64,000 nucleotides of DNA. It comes from a candidate division WOR-3 bacterium (GTDB lineage: Bacteria; Hydrothermota; Tepidihabitantia; Tepidihabitantales; Tepidihabitantaceae). The notes below the pieces were generated by a model, which saw nothing but the letters and a program-made list of their open reading frames with translations, was not told the origin of the DNA and made no database searches. Below, in pieces: positions 17,446 through 27,199 of this stretch. Each line of letters opens with the position of its first letter. The stretch's first letter is position 1. The position numbers were made by a program, and so were the translations under genes. The DNA lies in the NCBI GenBank assembly GCA_965648905.1, contig CBFGIT010000004.1:1-64000 (forward strand). Reading direction: 5' to 3'.

Positions 17446-18969
17446 CTAGTTCAGCTTGCCGACCGCCTGCTCGACCGATGCCAGCAACTCACCCGACCGT
17501 ACTGCGGCGGTGAGTTTGTTGATGTCCTCCTGCACCGGGCGGTCCTCTTCCATCTTCGCGACATACTTCCTAACGAAGTCGTAAGCCGCCGCGGTTCCTT
17601 TCCCGGCGGCAAGCGGTTTACGGAACTCCACCGCCTGTGCGCCAGCCATTAGTTCAATCGCGACAACATACCAGGCGTTATCCAGAATCCGGCTGGTCTT
17701 GAGCGCACTCGTGAAGGCCATCGAGACGAAATCCTCTTGGTCAGCCGCGGCTGGAATCGAACCGACCGAGGCGGGCATCGAGAGGATACGGTCTTCGCAC
17801 ACAAGCATGCCCTGGGTGTACTGGGTAAGCATCAGACCGGAGAACATGCCCGCTCCCTTGGTCAGGAATGCAGGCAAACCGCAGGACAGGTTCCTGTTCA
17901 GAAGTCGATTGGTCCGCCGTTCGGAGAGCACGGCAATCATGGTTATGCAGGCGCCGACCAGGTCGAGCGGCAGGCCCAGCGGGGTACCCTGAAAGTTGGC
18001 TCCGGTCAGGTATGCCTTGTCATCCGGAAAGAACAGCGGGTTGTCGCCGACGCCGTTCAGTTCGGTTTCGAACATGGTACGTGCCCATTTTAGCGCGTCT
18101 TTGGCGCTGCCCACGACCTGAGGCGTGGAACGTAACGAATATGCGTCCTGCACTTTCTTGCCCGGTTGCTGGAGCATGACTGAGCCCTGGGTAATGCGAC
18201 GTATGTTTTCGGCACAGGTAACCGCGCCTGGAAAGCCGCGTACCTTATGGATTCGTTCGTCGTACGCGGCCATGTTGGCGTTCACGACTTCGAGGGTGAG
18301 GCCGGCAGCGATCTCGGAGACCTTGAAGTAATGGTCTGAGTCCGCGAGCATCAACGCACCCCACCCCGCGGTCATGTTCGAGCCGTTGATGCAGGCGAGC
18401 CCGTCGCGTGCCTCGAACTGGACCGGCTCGATACCGGCGGCCTTCATCGCATCTGCACCGCTCATCCGTCGGCCTTGGTAGAAAGCCTCGCCTTCGCCTA
18501 AGAGTACCAGGGCCATCTGGCTCATCGGCGAAAGGTCGCCGCACGCGCCGACAGACCCCTTGTCATAGACGACCGGGGTTACTCCGCGGTTGAGCATCTG
18601 GACCAGCGTTTCAACAACCTTGAGACGGATTCCGGAGTGACCAATCGACAGGACGTTTATGCGGGAGCACATGCCGGCTCGGACCACTTCCTCGGGTAGA
18701 GGCGAGCCGCACCCGGCCGAGTGGGAGTAGACGATGTAACGTTGAAACTGCTCGGTCTGCTCAGGTGTCAGGATGGTCTCGGAAAGCTCTCCGATGCCGG
18801 TCGTGATGCCGTACATCACAGCTCGTGCCCGGACCTTCTCTTCAATGAAGCCGCGACAGTGGTTGATGCGCATTCGCGCCGCATCGGATAGCTGCACCGG
18901 CTCGCGGTTCCGGGCGACACGCACCAGGTCCTCAATTGTCAGATTCTTGCCGTCTATGATAACCGCCAT
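17446..18969 (-). CDS. hutH: Histidine ammonia-lyase family enzyme (ACG-type MIO motif)
   Basis: YGITTGIG, YSHSAG, GSVGACGDL, VQDAYSLR, DNPL, GANFQG and QEDFVSM; SD GGAGG. Confidence 0.88.
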   Translation of the reverse strand: MAVIIDGKNLTIEDLVRVARNREPVQLSDAARMRINHCRGFIEEKVRARAVMYGITTGIGELSETILTPEQTEQFQRYIVYSHSAGCGSPLPEEVVRAGMCSRINVLSIGHSGIRLKVVETLVQMLNRGVTPVVYDKGSVGACGDLSPMSQMALVLLGEGEAFYQGRRMSGADAMKAAGIEPVQFEARDGLACINGSNMTAGWGALMLADSDHYFKVSEIAAGLTLEVVNANMAAYDERIHKVRGFPGAVTCAENIRRITQGSVMLQQPGKKVQDAYSLRSTPQVVGSAKDALKWARTMFETELNGVGDNPLFFPDDKAYLTGANFQGTPLGLPLDLVGACITMIAVLSERRTNRLLNRNLSCGLPAFLTKGAGMFSGLMLTQYTQGMLVCEDRILSMPASVGSIPAAADQEDFVSMAFTSALKTSRILDNAWYVVAIELMAGAQAVEFRKPLAAGKGTAAAYDFVRKYVAKMEEDRPVQEDINKLTAAVRSGELLASVEQAVGKLN

Positions 18970-18992
18970 GTGACCTCCGTGGGGATTGGTAG

Positions 18993-19598
18993 CTAGCCTC
19001 GCCGCTGTCTGGTCCCGGGTCTTGCCGGGGTACGGTTAGCCATGTCTTCGACATGGTTGCCCGGCCAGTAGACGCGTCTGCACTTGGGGCAGCGGCGAAA
19101 ATCATGGTGAATCTGGTAGACAAAGAATGGCACCGATGGCCGGGCCTGCTCACGCGACAGCTTCTCCAGCGGGCTGTTGCACTCCAGGCAGCGGCCGAAC
19201 GGCGTCTCCTCCGGCTGCGCCCGCACCGACTCCTCGGCAGCCGGGCGCTCTTTCCGGTGCCCGGGCTCTGCCACCGCAGCCCGAATCTGCGCAACCTGGG
19301 CGGAGGGCTCCTCGCTCTGGACAAACACGACCCCGGGCAGTTTGGCGAGGCGCTTGTTCCGCGTTAGTAAAGTGCGACCGGTTGCCTTGGCCGCGCGATA
19401 GGCCTGCATGCTCGCCAGATTGCGCTGGTAGTCGACGTCCATTCCGAGCAGGCGCAGCTCGCGGGCCAGTTTGCCGAGCATGACGTCACACAGCCAGCCG
19501 CCAGCCGCCGGGTCACGCAGCGGTGCTGCCGAAGAGCGACGGTGACGCGGCCGGTCCCGCTCAGCGCCGGCAGGGTCGGCCTGGTCAGAGGATTTCAC
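18993..19598 (-). CDS. Mut7-C RNase (PIN) domain protein
   Basis: CDVMLGKLARELRLLG, LLTRN, RCLECN and CPKCRRVYWPGNH; GTG 19598 is 8 nt after TTGATT-N16-TAGAGT. Confidence 0.88.
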   Translation of the reverse strand: MKSSDQADPAGAERDRPRHRRSSAAPLRDPAAGGWLCDVMLGKLARELRLLGMDVDYQRNLASMQAYRAAKATGRTLLTRNKRLAKLPGVVFVQSEEPSAQVAQIRAAVAEPGHRKERPAAEESVRAQPEETPFGRCLECNSPLEKLSREQARPSVPFFVYQIHHDFRRCPKCRRVYWPGNHVEDMANRTPARPGTRQRRG

Positions 19599-19651
19599 AG
19601 GCCTAGACTCTAGCCAAACCGCCCCGGAAATCAAGCCACGGCTTAGCTGTC

Positions 19652-21334
19652 CTACCGGGCGCGGACGAGGGCGACCACCTCGCGGCCGAGGTCGGTCTCC
19701 AGTGCGCAGAAATAAGCGCCAGCAACGCAGGCCGAGGCGTCCCAAGACGACGCGTGCTGGCCAGCGGGCAGCACGGCGTCGACCAGTTGGGCAACGAGCG
19801 CGCCGGCCTGGTTGTAGACCACCAGCCGTACGCGCGTTGGTCGGTCGAGACCAAAACTCAGCCGAGTGCGGCCGACCGAAACTCGCGGCTCGGCCGTCAG
19901 CATGGGCGGACCGAACCGGCTGTGAGTTGTTTCCTCGACCAACGTCGGGTAGCGTTCGATCGGCCCCTGGGGCGTCAGGGTGCGACCCGCAAGCCCGGGA
20001 TAGTCCGGACCATACCGCCGGACCCTGAACACCTCATTCGCCAGAGGCGGAACGTACTGGCCCTGTTCCATCGGCCCTGACGAGCTGACCGGGTTGACGT
20101 ACTTCCAGACCAGACGTGACTCCGGGGTTATTTCAAGGAATGTACCGAACGGTCCAGCACACACAATGGTGTTGCCGTTCTCAAAACGTTGGCACCCGCC
20201 GACATGGTCCGACATCAGTTCGGTCGGCAGCCGGTACGACCAGCAGGCTGAATCCGGGCCGAAGGTTGAGTCTGGTCCGAGAAGGTAAGACCCGAGACTG
20301 TCTACCGGCGGGATGATTTCGTCGACCGATGAGTACTCACCGGTCGGCCGGGCATTACCGTTGTTGAACACGAGAATATGGCCCGCGCCGGGCAGCCCGG
20401 CGGCAATCCACTGGGCGTCATGCTGCTGGAACAGCTTGCGGTCATAGCCGGTGCCGCGTTTGTAAGCCTCCGGGTTTCCCCACCGGTACAACAGGTCGCC
20501 ACCGCGGCCGTAACGGCCGCCAGTGTGGCCACGTGCTTCCTCGGTCGTCGTGCTGTGGTCTATGACCCAGAACTCGCAGAAGTACCGCAGGCTGATCATG
20601 ACTTGGTCCAGCTCGGCGTTGTAGGCGATCGTGTTGCCATGGGTCCAGTCGTAGGTGCCGGACATCCCGCCGTTGACATCAATCAGTTCGGGATGACTGC
20701 GCACCACGCCATAGTTGGCCTTGGTCGGGTCGAAGTCCTGAATCAGGTGGTCCCAAGAGTGCCATTGCCAGACAATCGAATCGGTACGCGGGTCGACTTC
20801 GATAATGTGATCAACAATGAAAGACTGGTAGATCGTCTGCGGATTGCGGCCGGCCGCGATTGCCTCGGCCCGGGTCTTGGCTTCCCAAGCGATCATCATG
20901 ATGTTGCCGTTGGGCAGGGCGGTGGCGTCGTGATGCTGACGGTATGTCGGGCCGGAATAGGTGTATGCCCAGGTGACGTTACCGTCCCAGTCTACCAGTT
21001 CAACCCGGCCGCCTGCGCCGCCGCCGCGCAGATAAGGGCCGCTGTCAAACTGCGTCCTGAGCAGCAGTCCGTTCTCGAGCAGGTAGGCGGACAGGCCGGG
21101 TTTGGTCTGGGCCGCCCAGGAGTGAACCATCTGGCCATTGTTGTCAATCAGATAGGCCTTGTTGTAGGGCATGGGCATGAAGAGGGTGTAGCCGACATAG
21201 GCGCCGGAGTCGTTCAGCATCAGCCCCATTGTTCGGCTTGCGCCGGGCTGTGCCTGAACTAGGAGCGCTGAAGAAAGCAAAACTGCAGCAAGTCGGGACA
21301 GCCCGACGGGCACGGTTCGTTCGGACGTAACCAT
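19652..21334 (-). CDS. Secreted aryl-sulfate sulfotransferase-like beta-propeller with FlgD/T9SS-like C-terminal domain
   Basis: Signal peptide; QHHD, DWTHGN, GGDLLYRWGNP, QQHDAQW and FNNG; C-terminal WDAS..GAYFC. Confidence 0.8.
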   Translation of the reverse strand: MVTSERTVPVGLSRLAAVLLSSALLVQAQPGASRTMGLMLNDSGAYVGYTLFMPMPYNKAYLIDNNGQMVHSWAAQTKPGLSAYLLENGLLLRTQFDSGPYLRGGGAGGRVELVDWDGNVTWAYTYSGPTYRQHHDATALPNGNIMMIAWEAKTRAEAIAAGRNPQTIYQSFIVDHIIEVDPRTDSIVWQWHSWDHLIQDFDPTKANYGVVRSHPELIDVNGGMSGTYDWTHGNTIAYNAELDQVMISLRYFCEFWVIDHSTTTEEARGHTGGRYGRGGDLLYRWGNPEAYKRGTGYDRKLFQQHDAQWIAAGLPGAGHILVFNNGNARPTGEYSSVDEIIPPVDSLGSYLLGPDSTFGPDSACWSYRLPTELMSDHVGGCQRFENGNTIVCAGPFGTFLEITPESRLVWKYVNPVSSSGPMEQGQYVPPLANEVFRVRRYGPDYPGLAGRTLTPQGPIERYPTLVEETTHSRFGPPMLTAEPRVSVGRTRLSFGLDRPTRVRLVVYNQAGALVAQLVDAVLPAGQHASSWDASACVAGAYFCALETDLGREVVALVRAR

Positions 21335-21516
21335 GGGTGAGCCTTTCTCGCGGGCCTGACTCTGCCCGCAGGTACAATCGTATCCGATACCGCCGCAGAG
21401 TCAAGCCAGGTTGGTCCAACAGAACCCCTTGACCGGACGGCTGCTGCGGGCTAGATTATGCTGTCTTGTTCAACCATTCAGGTCACGCAAACCGCGCAGG
21501 TACCGGAGGAGGTATC

Positions 21517-21975
21517 TTGAGTCTGTCTAAAACCCTGCTCGTTCTAACTCTCGTTCTTGCAGTTGTGGCCGGATGTGCGCCCGGCAACGAACGCTGGAAC
21601 CGAGAGACCGGCCGACCGGCCAGCTTCTGGGCCGGGCTCTGGCACGGCCTGATTGTTATCGTCACATTCATCGTCAGCCTGTTCACCCGTACCGTCGGCA
21701 TCTACGAGGCGAACAACACCGGCTGGCCGTACAACCTCGGCTTTCTGCTCGGCGCAATGATTGCGCTCGGCGGCGGCGCGCGTTCTGCCTGCCGCCAGAG
21801 GCGCCGTACCCATGACTGGGAACGCGTTGGTCGGAGCATCGGCGACGGCATCCGGGAAGGGCTTGAGGCGTGGCGCCGGGAGCGCCGCGCCGAGCCGTCC
21901 GAGCCGGAGTGGGACGAGCTGGGCCGGCGCATTGAGCAGCGCGTCCGCGAAGAGCTCAAAGACCTAGTGGACTAG
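21517..21975 (+). CDS. Hypothetical membrane lipoprotein
   Basis: SD GGAGGAGG before TTG 21517; lipobox VAGC; FWAGLWHG...IYEANNTGWPYNLGF. Confidence 0.75.
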   Translation: MSLSKTLLVLTLVLAVVAGCAPGNERWNRETGRPASFWAGLWHGLIVIVTFIVSLFTRTVGIYEANNTGWPYNLGFLLGAMIALGGGARSACRQRRRTHDWERVGRSIGDGIREGLEAWRRERRAEPSEPEWDELGRRIEQRVREELKDLVD

Positions 21976-21981
21976 CTGATA

Positions 21982-23166
21982 ATGCGCCGACTACTGCTGC
22001 TCGCCGCGATCGCCAGCGCCGGGCTTGCCGCCCAGTTCGTCAGCAGCGCCGATTTCTCCATCCCGGCTGGCGAGATGCGGATGGGCGATGTTTACTTTGC
22101 GGGCACAGTCCTGCGCATCGAAGGTCGGCTTGACGGTTCGGTTATCGGCGGAGCCCAGTCGGTCAACATCTCCGGTCCGATCACGCGCAACCTGTTTCTT
22201 GCGGCCCAGTCAGTGGACGTGTCCGGTCCGGTGTCGGGCGACGTGGTCGCGGTCTGTGCCACATTCAACCTCCATGGTCGGGTCGGCGGCGCGGTGCGGG
22301 TCGGCTCGGGCACGGTCTATATCAACGGTCCGGTCGGGCAGGATGTGCTTGCCGGCTGCGCCAGCATGGTGGTCGCGAAGCAGGCCGAGGTGCGCGGCGA
22401 CGTTGCTGCGACCTGCCGGTCGCTCGAGCTCGCGGGCGCGGTGCGCGGCGATGTCCGGGCGACCGCAGACCGCATCGTCATATCCGGCAGCATCGACGGC
22501 GACGTTGACGTCATCGTCGGCAAGCAACTGACGCTCATGGCCGACGCCCGGGTCTACGGCAACCTGCGCTACCGAGCGAGCAGGAAGCTGGATATTTCGA
22601 ACCCGGACCTGGTGTTCGGCAACATCGAATACGTCCAACTTCCCGGCCGGGACGAGCTTGAGGAGGTGAAGGTGCTGCGGCCCAGACCCGGAGTTCTCGC
22701 CGCTTTCCTGCTGCCGTTTGCGCTGCTGTCGATGCTCGGTGCAGTCGTCGTTGCGCTGATCCTGATTGCGGTCTGGAAGTACGCCCTGAACGAAGCCCTG
22801 AACCGCGCCATCACCCACTGGGGGAGGACGCTGGGCCTCGGCTCGGTTGGGTTCCTTATCGGGCCGATGACGATCCTTGTTTCGTTCGCTTTGATCGTAA
22901 CCATTCCTGCCGGCCTGATTGCTGCGGCCGCCTACGTCGTGCTGGTGTACCTTGGCAAGACCCTGTCGGGCATGTTCCTGGGCAAGCTGCTGTTTCGGGT
23001 CTTCGGCGCCCCGGATATTTCGCTCTGGCTTGCGGCGCCGGTTGGAATCGTCATTATTTACGCGCTGTGCGCCATCCCGTTCGCCGGATGGGTCATCTGG
23101 CTGATGACCCAGGCGCTGGGTTTCGGCATCGTCGCCGAGCTGCTGGGCATGTCGCGCAGCGGGTAG
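21982..23166 (+). CDS. Polymer-forming (bactofilin-like beta-helix) protein with C-terminal membrane domain
   Basis: Signal peptide, repeated xGxVxGDV units, then 5-6 TM helices. Confidence 0.8.
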   Translation: MRRLLLLAAIASAGLAAQFVSSADFSIPAGEMRMGDVYFAGTVLRIEGRLDGSVIGGAQSVNISGPITRNLFLAAQSVDVSGPVSGDVVAVCATFNLHGRVGGAVRVGSGTVYINGPVGQDVLAGCASMVVAKQAEVRGDVAATCRSLELAGAVRGDVRATADRIVISGSIDGDVDVIVGKQLTLMADARVYGNLRYRASRKLDISNPDLVFGNIEYVQLPGRDELEEVKVLRPRPGVLAAFLLPFALLSMLGAVVVALILIAVWKYALNEALNRAITHWGRTLGLGSVGFLIGPMTILVSFALIVTIPAGLIAAAAYVVLVYLGKTLSGMFLGKLLFRVFGAPDISLWLAAPVGIVIIYALCAIPFAGWVIWLMTQALGFGIVAELLGMSRSG

Positions 23167-23190
23167 CAGGTGATTCCTCAAGGAGGCAAG

Positions 23191-24414
23191 TTGGAAGAAA
23201 ATCACATTGATGCCGGCTCTCGCCGGGGCCAGCTCGGCCCCAATACTGCAGCCGTGCACAGCGAACACTCCGCCGAGTACAAACACCGGGCGGTCAGTTA
23301 TCCGATATACCAGACCTCGGCATTCATGTTTGAGTCGGCCGCAGCCGGTGCCGGTCTTTTCAAGGGCGAAACACCCGGTTTCATCTATACCCGCATCGGC
23401 AACCCCACCACCGAGGCGCTGCAGAATACCGTTGCGGCCCTGGAACACGGTCGGGCCGCGCTGGCGACTGCCTCGGGAATGGCCGCGATTTCGACGCTGT
23501 TCCTCGGACTGCTTAAGTCAGGAGACCGCGTGGTCTGCAGCCAGGCGGTCTACGGACCGACGCGGGTGCTCCTGGAGCGGGAGCTGGTGCGATTCGGTAT
23601 TCAATCGACGTTCATCGAGACGTCAGACACTGACGCGGTCCGCACCGCGCTTCAGTTGAAGCCGCGCCTGCTGTTCATCGAGACGCCATGCAACCCTACG
23701 CTGACCATTACCGACGTTCCCGCCTGTGCCGAACTTGCCCACAGCCACGGCGCATTGCTGGTCGTGGACAACACCTTTGCCAGCCCGTACCTTCAGACCC
23801 CGCTCGACCTCGGTGCCGACATCGTGCTCCACTCGATGACCAAGTTCATCAACGGTCATTCGGACGTCGTGGCGGGCATACTCGTCTTTGGTGACGAGCC
23901 GGCCTACCAGCAGTTACGGCGTGTTCTTCCCACGCTGGGCGGGACGATTGACCCGCACCAGGCCTGGCTGGTGTTGCGCGGAGTCAAGACCCTCGGGCTG
24001 CGCGTCGCGCGCGCCCAGGAATCGGCGCTGCGTATCGCCGAGTACCTGAAAGCTCACCCGGTGGTCGCCGGGGTTTCCTATCCCGGTCTGCCCGACCACC
24101 CACACTACCAGCGCGCCAAGAACCAGATGCGCGGATTTGGTGCGCTGGTCTGCTTCAGACCCAAGGGTGGCTACCCGGCGGCCGAGCGCATCCTAGACAG
24201 CGTGAAGCTGTGCACACTCGGTGTATCGCTGGGAGGGGTCGAAACCCTGATTCAGCACCCGGCAACCATGACCCATGCGACTCTCTCTGAAGAGGCCAGG
24301 GCCGCGGCCGGCATCAGTCCGGACCTCATCCGGCTGGCAGTCGGCATCGAAGACGCCGAAGAACTGATTGCCGACCTGGATCAGGCGCTTGAGCAGTGCC
24401 GAAAGACAAGTTGA
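23191..24414 (+). CDS. Methionine gamma-lyase / cystathionine gamma-synthase family PLP enzyme
   Basis: PIYQTS, YTRIGNPT, SGMAA, HSMTKFINGHSD, VSLGGVETL, IRLAVG; SD AGGAGG before TTG 23191. Confidence 0.9.
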   Translation: MEENHIDAGSRRGQLGPNTAAVHSEHSAEYKHRAVSYPIYQTSAFMFESAAAGAGLFKGETPGFIYTRIGNPTTEALQNTVAALEHGRAALATASGMAAISTLFLGLLKSGDRVVCSQAVYGPTRVLLERELVRFGIQSTFIETSDTDAVRTALQLKPRLLFIETPCNPTLTITDVPACAELAHSHGALLVVDNTFASPYLQTPLDLGADIVLHSMTKFINGHSDVVAGILVFGDEPAYQQLRRVLPTLGGTIDPHQAWLVLRGVKTLGLRVARAQESALRIAEYLKAHPVVAGVSYPGLPDHPHYQRAKNQMRGFGALVCFRPKGGYPAAERILDSVKLCTLGVSLGGVETLIQHPATMTHATLSEEARAAAGISPDLIRLAVGIEDAEELIADLDQALEQCRKTS

Positions 24415-24425
24415 GCGGAGGAAAC

Positions 24426-25826
24426 ATGACGACGCCTGAGTCACCCATGTCACCCGGAGTGCAGCGTCGAATTGAGCAAGCGTGTCACTTGGCCGAGACC
24501 CGAGCCGCGGCACTCGCCCAGGCACGCCAGCGCCGATTCGACACCATCGCAGTGCACGGGCTCTACACGATGCAGGAATCCCTTGACAAGAACCAAGGCG
24601 CGACCATGGAACCGCTCTTTCTCTCCGCGGCCCAAGCCTACCGCGACTCCGACGAGATGGAAGCGGCCTTGGCGTACAAGATACCAACCTGGTGCTACAC
24701 CCGCATTCACAACCCGACCCTCGGATACCTTGAAGACACACTGGCCCTGCTCGAAACCTATGGCACCGGAACCGACGCGGGCTGTTGCCTGTATGCCTCA
24801 GGCATGGCCGCAATCGACGGTGTCACCGACGCCCTCCTGGTCCAGGAGCGGGACAAGCGGCTGAACTTCGTTGCTACCTGCCAGGTATACGGCGGCACGT
24901 TCCAGCAGTTCAGCATCCGCAAGATGCAGGAACGCGGTATCGAGGTCCGCTGGGTCGTGGACTCAAACAACCTCGACGAGTGGCGGTCAAAGATTGACGG
25001 GAACACACGGTTCCTTTACGGCGAACTGCCATCCAACCCGGGGCTTGCCTTCTTCGACCTTGCTCCGGTCGTGCAACTCGCACATGAACACGGCCTTCCT
25101 TTCATCGCCGACTCAACCGTTGCCTCGCCCGCGCTGCTCCGGCCGCTGGGCCACGGTGCCGACATCGTCATCCAGTCGGCCACCAAGGTGATAAGCTGCT
25201 CCGGTACCGGTATCGCTGGCGCGGTCATCGCCCGCAAGCCGGTTCTCGCCCACTACGCCGAAGACGGCGTGAAAACGGACTTCGCCCAGTACCTCAAGCT
25301 CTGGCCCCAGCGCGATACCGGCGGCTGTCTGCACCCGTTCCAGGCCGCGATGACGATGAATGACCTGCGCACACTCCGCGCCCGGGTTGACGACTGGAGT
25401 CAGACCGCGCTCCAGGTGGCGCGCTGGCTTGAAGGTCACGACCGGGTGCTGGCAGTCAACTACCTCGGACTGCCCGGTCATCCGTTGCACAAGGTCGCCA
25501 CCAAGTACCTCTGGCTGGTCGACGCCGAACACGACGAACGCTACGGCAGACCGGTCAACCGCTACGGCCACATGCTGTCCTTCCGGGTGCGCGGCGGAGC
25601 GCAGGCGGCCCGGGACGTGTTCGACCGGTTCGAGATGATCTGGCGGGCAACCGATCTGGGGCGCGTCAAGAGCATGGCGACCATCCCGGCAATCTCTACT
25701 CACCAGCAACAAGGTGAAGAAGGCCGCCGACTGGCCGCGATTCCTCCTGACCTGATTCGTCTCTCGGTCGGCGCCGAACATCCGGACGACATCATCAAGG
25801 ACCTGAAGCAGGCGCTCGAAGGCTAG
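24426..25826 (+). CDS. Divergent Cys/Met-metabolism PLP enzyme (O-acetylhomoserine sulfhydrylase-like)
   Basis: YTRIHNPT, SGMAA, YGGT, SATK (PLP lysine), STHQQ, IRLSVG; SD GGAGG. Confidence 0.82.
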   Translation: MTTPESPMSPGVQRRIEQACHLAETRAAALAQARQRRFDTIAVHGLYTMQESLDKNQGATMEPLFLSAAQAYRDSDEMEAALAYKIPTWCYTRIHNPTLGYLEDTLALLETYGTGTDAGCCLYASGMAAIDGVTDALLVQERDKRLNFVATCQVYGGTFQQFSIRKMQERGIEVRWVVDSNNLDEWRSKIDGNTRFLYGELPSNPGLAFFDLAPVVQLAHEHGLPFIADSTVASPALLRPLGHGADIVIQSATKVISCSGTGIAGAVIARKPVLAHYAEDGVKTDFAQYLKLWPQRDTGGCLHPFQAAMTMNDLRTLRARVDDWSQTALQVARWLEGHDRVLAVNYLGLPGHPLHKVATKYLWLVDAEHDERYGRPVNRYGHMLSFRVRGGAQAARDVFDRFEMIWRATDLGRVKSMATIPAISTHQQQGEEGRRLAAIPPDLIRLSVGAEHPDDIIKDLKQALEG

Positions 25827-25834
25827 TCGTCGCC

Positions 25835-27181
25835 ATGCGTTTCTATTCCACGAACCTCAAGTCCCGTGACGTTGACCTGCGGGACGCGCTCCTGACCGGC
25901 CAGGCGCCGGACAAGGGCCTGTATATGCCGCGCGAGACTCCGTGGATACCGCACGAGGAAATCCTCAGCTTCAAAGACAAGCCCTATCCGGAAATCGCCT
26001 TCGCCGTGCTGCGCCGCTATGCCGAAGGCCTGATTCCTGACGACGAGCTAGCTCGGCTGTGCCACGAATGCTACAACTACGATGTGCCACTGGAGAACGT
26101 ATTCGGGAACAACTACCTGATGCGCCTCGACCGCGGCCCGACTGCAAGCTTCAAGGACTTTGCCGCCCGGATGATGGCGCGGATGATGCGTTGCTTCCTC
26201 GCTGACCAGGACGACGAACTGGTAATCCTCACCGCCACTTCGGGTGACACCGGCAGCGCGGTAGCGCACGCCTTTCACAACGTCGACCGCATCTCGATGG
26301 TCGTGCTCTTCCCGGTCAGGGAAGTCTCGGACCGCCAACGCAGGCAGATGACAACGCTTGGCGGCAACGTCTCGGTCATCGGCATCGACGGCAAGTTTGA
26401 CGATTGCCAGGCTCTGGTCAAGCGTGCGTTTGCCGACCCGGAACTGAAGCACATCCGCTTTTCTTCGGCCAACTCCATCAACATCGGCCGACTTCTGCCC
26501 CAGGCAGTGTACTACTTCTACGCGTATGCCCGGTTGCAGCAGCAGGGTGAGAAGGTGGTCTTTTCCGTCCCGTCGGGCAACTTCGGGGACATGTGCGGCG
26601 GATTCCTTGCCTGGCGCATGGGCCTGCCTGCTCAGCGCTTCGTCATCGCCACCAATGCCAACGACGAATTCCCGCGCTTCGTCCGCGACGAGGTGTACGA
26701 GAGAATCGAGCCTTCCCGGGTCTGCATTTCCAACGCCATGAACGTCGGCCATCCCTCAAACCTCCCGCGACTGGTCGCACTCTACGACGGCGTCATGGAC
26801 GAACGCGGCGACGTCATTCACCCGCCTGACTTCGAGGCGCTGCGCCGGGACATCTACGCCACCAGCGTCGACGATGCCGAGACCCGGACCGCCATCGTCA
26901 ATGCCTGGAGGCAGTACAAGACAATGCTCGAACCGCATGGTGCAGTCGGCTGGGCCGCACTCGAACGCTACCTAAACGAAGGCAACCAGCCGGACCTCGC
27001 AATCTCGATTGAGACTGCGCACCCGGCCAAGTTCCCGGAGGAAATCACCCGCCTGCTCGGCATTGAGCCCGAACTGCCCCCCGCGCTTGTCGGCCTCGAC
27101 GCCAGACCAGAGCACTACGACAAAGGTCCGAATGACTACGGGTGGTTCCGCGACTATCTGAAGCGGCGGTTTGTTAAGTAG
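25835..27181 (+). CDS. thrC: Threonine synthase
   Basis: GPTASFKDF, ATSGDTG, SANSINIGRL, PSGNFG, ETAHPAKF. Confidence 0.95.
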   Translation: MRFYSTNLKSRDVDLRDALLTGQAPDKGLYMPRETPWIPHEEILSFKDKPYPEIAFAVLRRYAEGLIPDDELARLCHECYNYDVPLENVFGNNYLMRLDRGPTASFKDFAARMMARMMRCFLADQDDELVILTATSGDTGSAVAHAFHNVDRISMVVLFPVREVSDRQRRQMTTLGGNVSVIGIDGKFDDCQALVKRAFADPELKHIRFSSANSINIGRLLPQAVYYFYAYARLQQQGEKVVFSVPSGNFGDMCGGFLAWRMGLPAQRFVIATNANDEFPRFVRDEVYERIEPSRVCISNAMNVGHPSNLPRLVALYDGVMDERGDVIHPPDFEALRRDIYATSVDDAETRTAIVNAWRQYKTMLEPHGAVGWAALERYLNEGNQPDLAISIETAHPAKFPEEITRLLGIEPELPPALVGLDARPEHYDKGPNDYGWFRDYLKRRFVK

Positions 27182-27199
27182 CCCTGATCCGCAGAAGCT

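Noticed and set aside
19631..21408. TCAAGCCA on both sides of the sulfotransferase gene as a target duplication
   Set aside because: Only 8 bp, and largely explained by both copies being -35 elements of real promoters.
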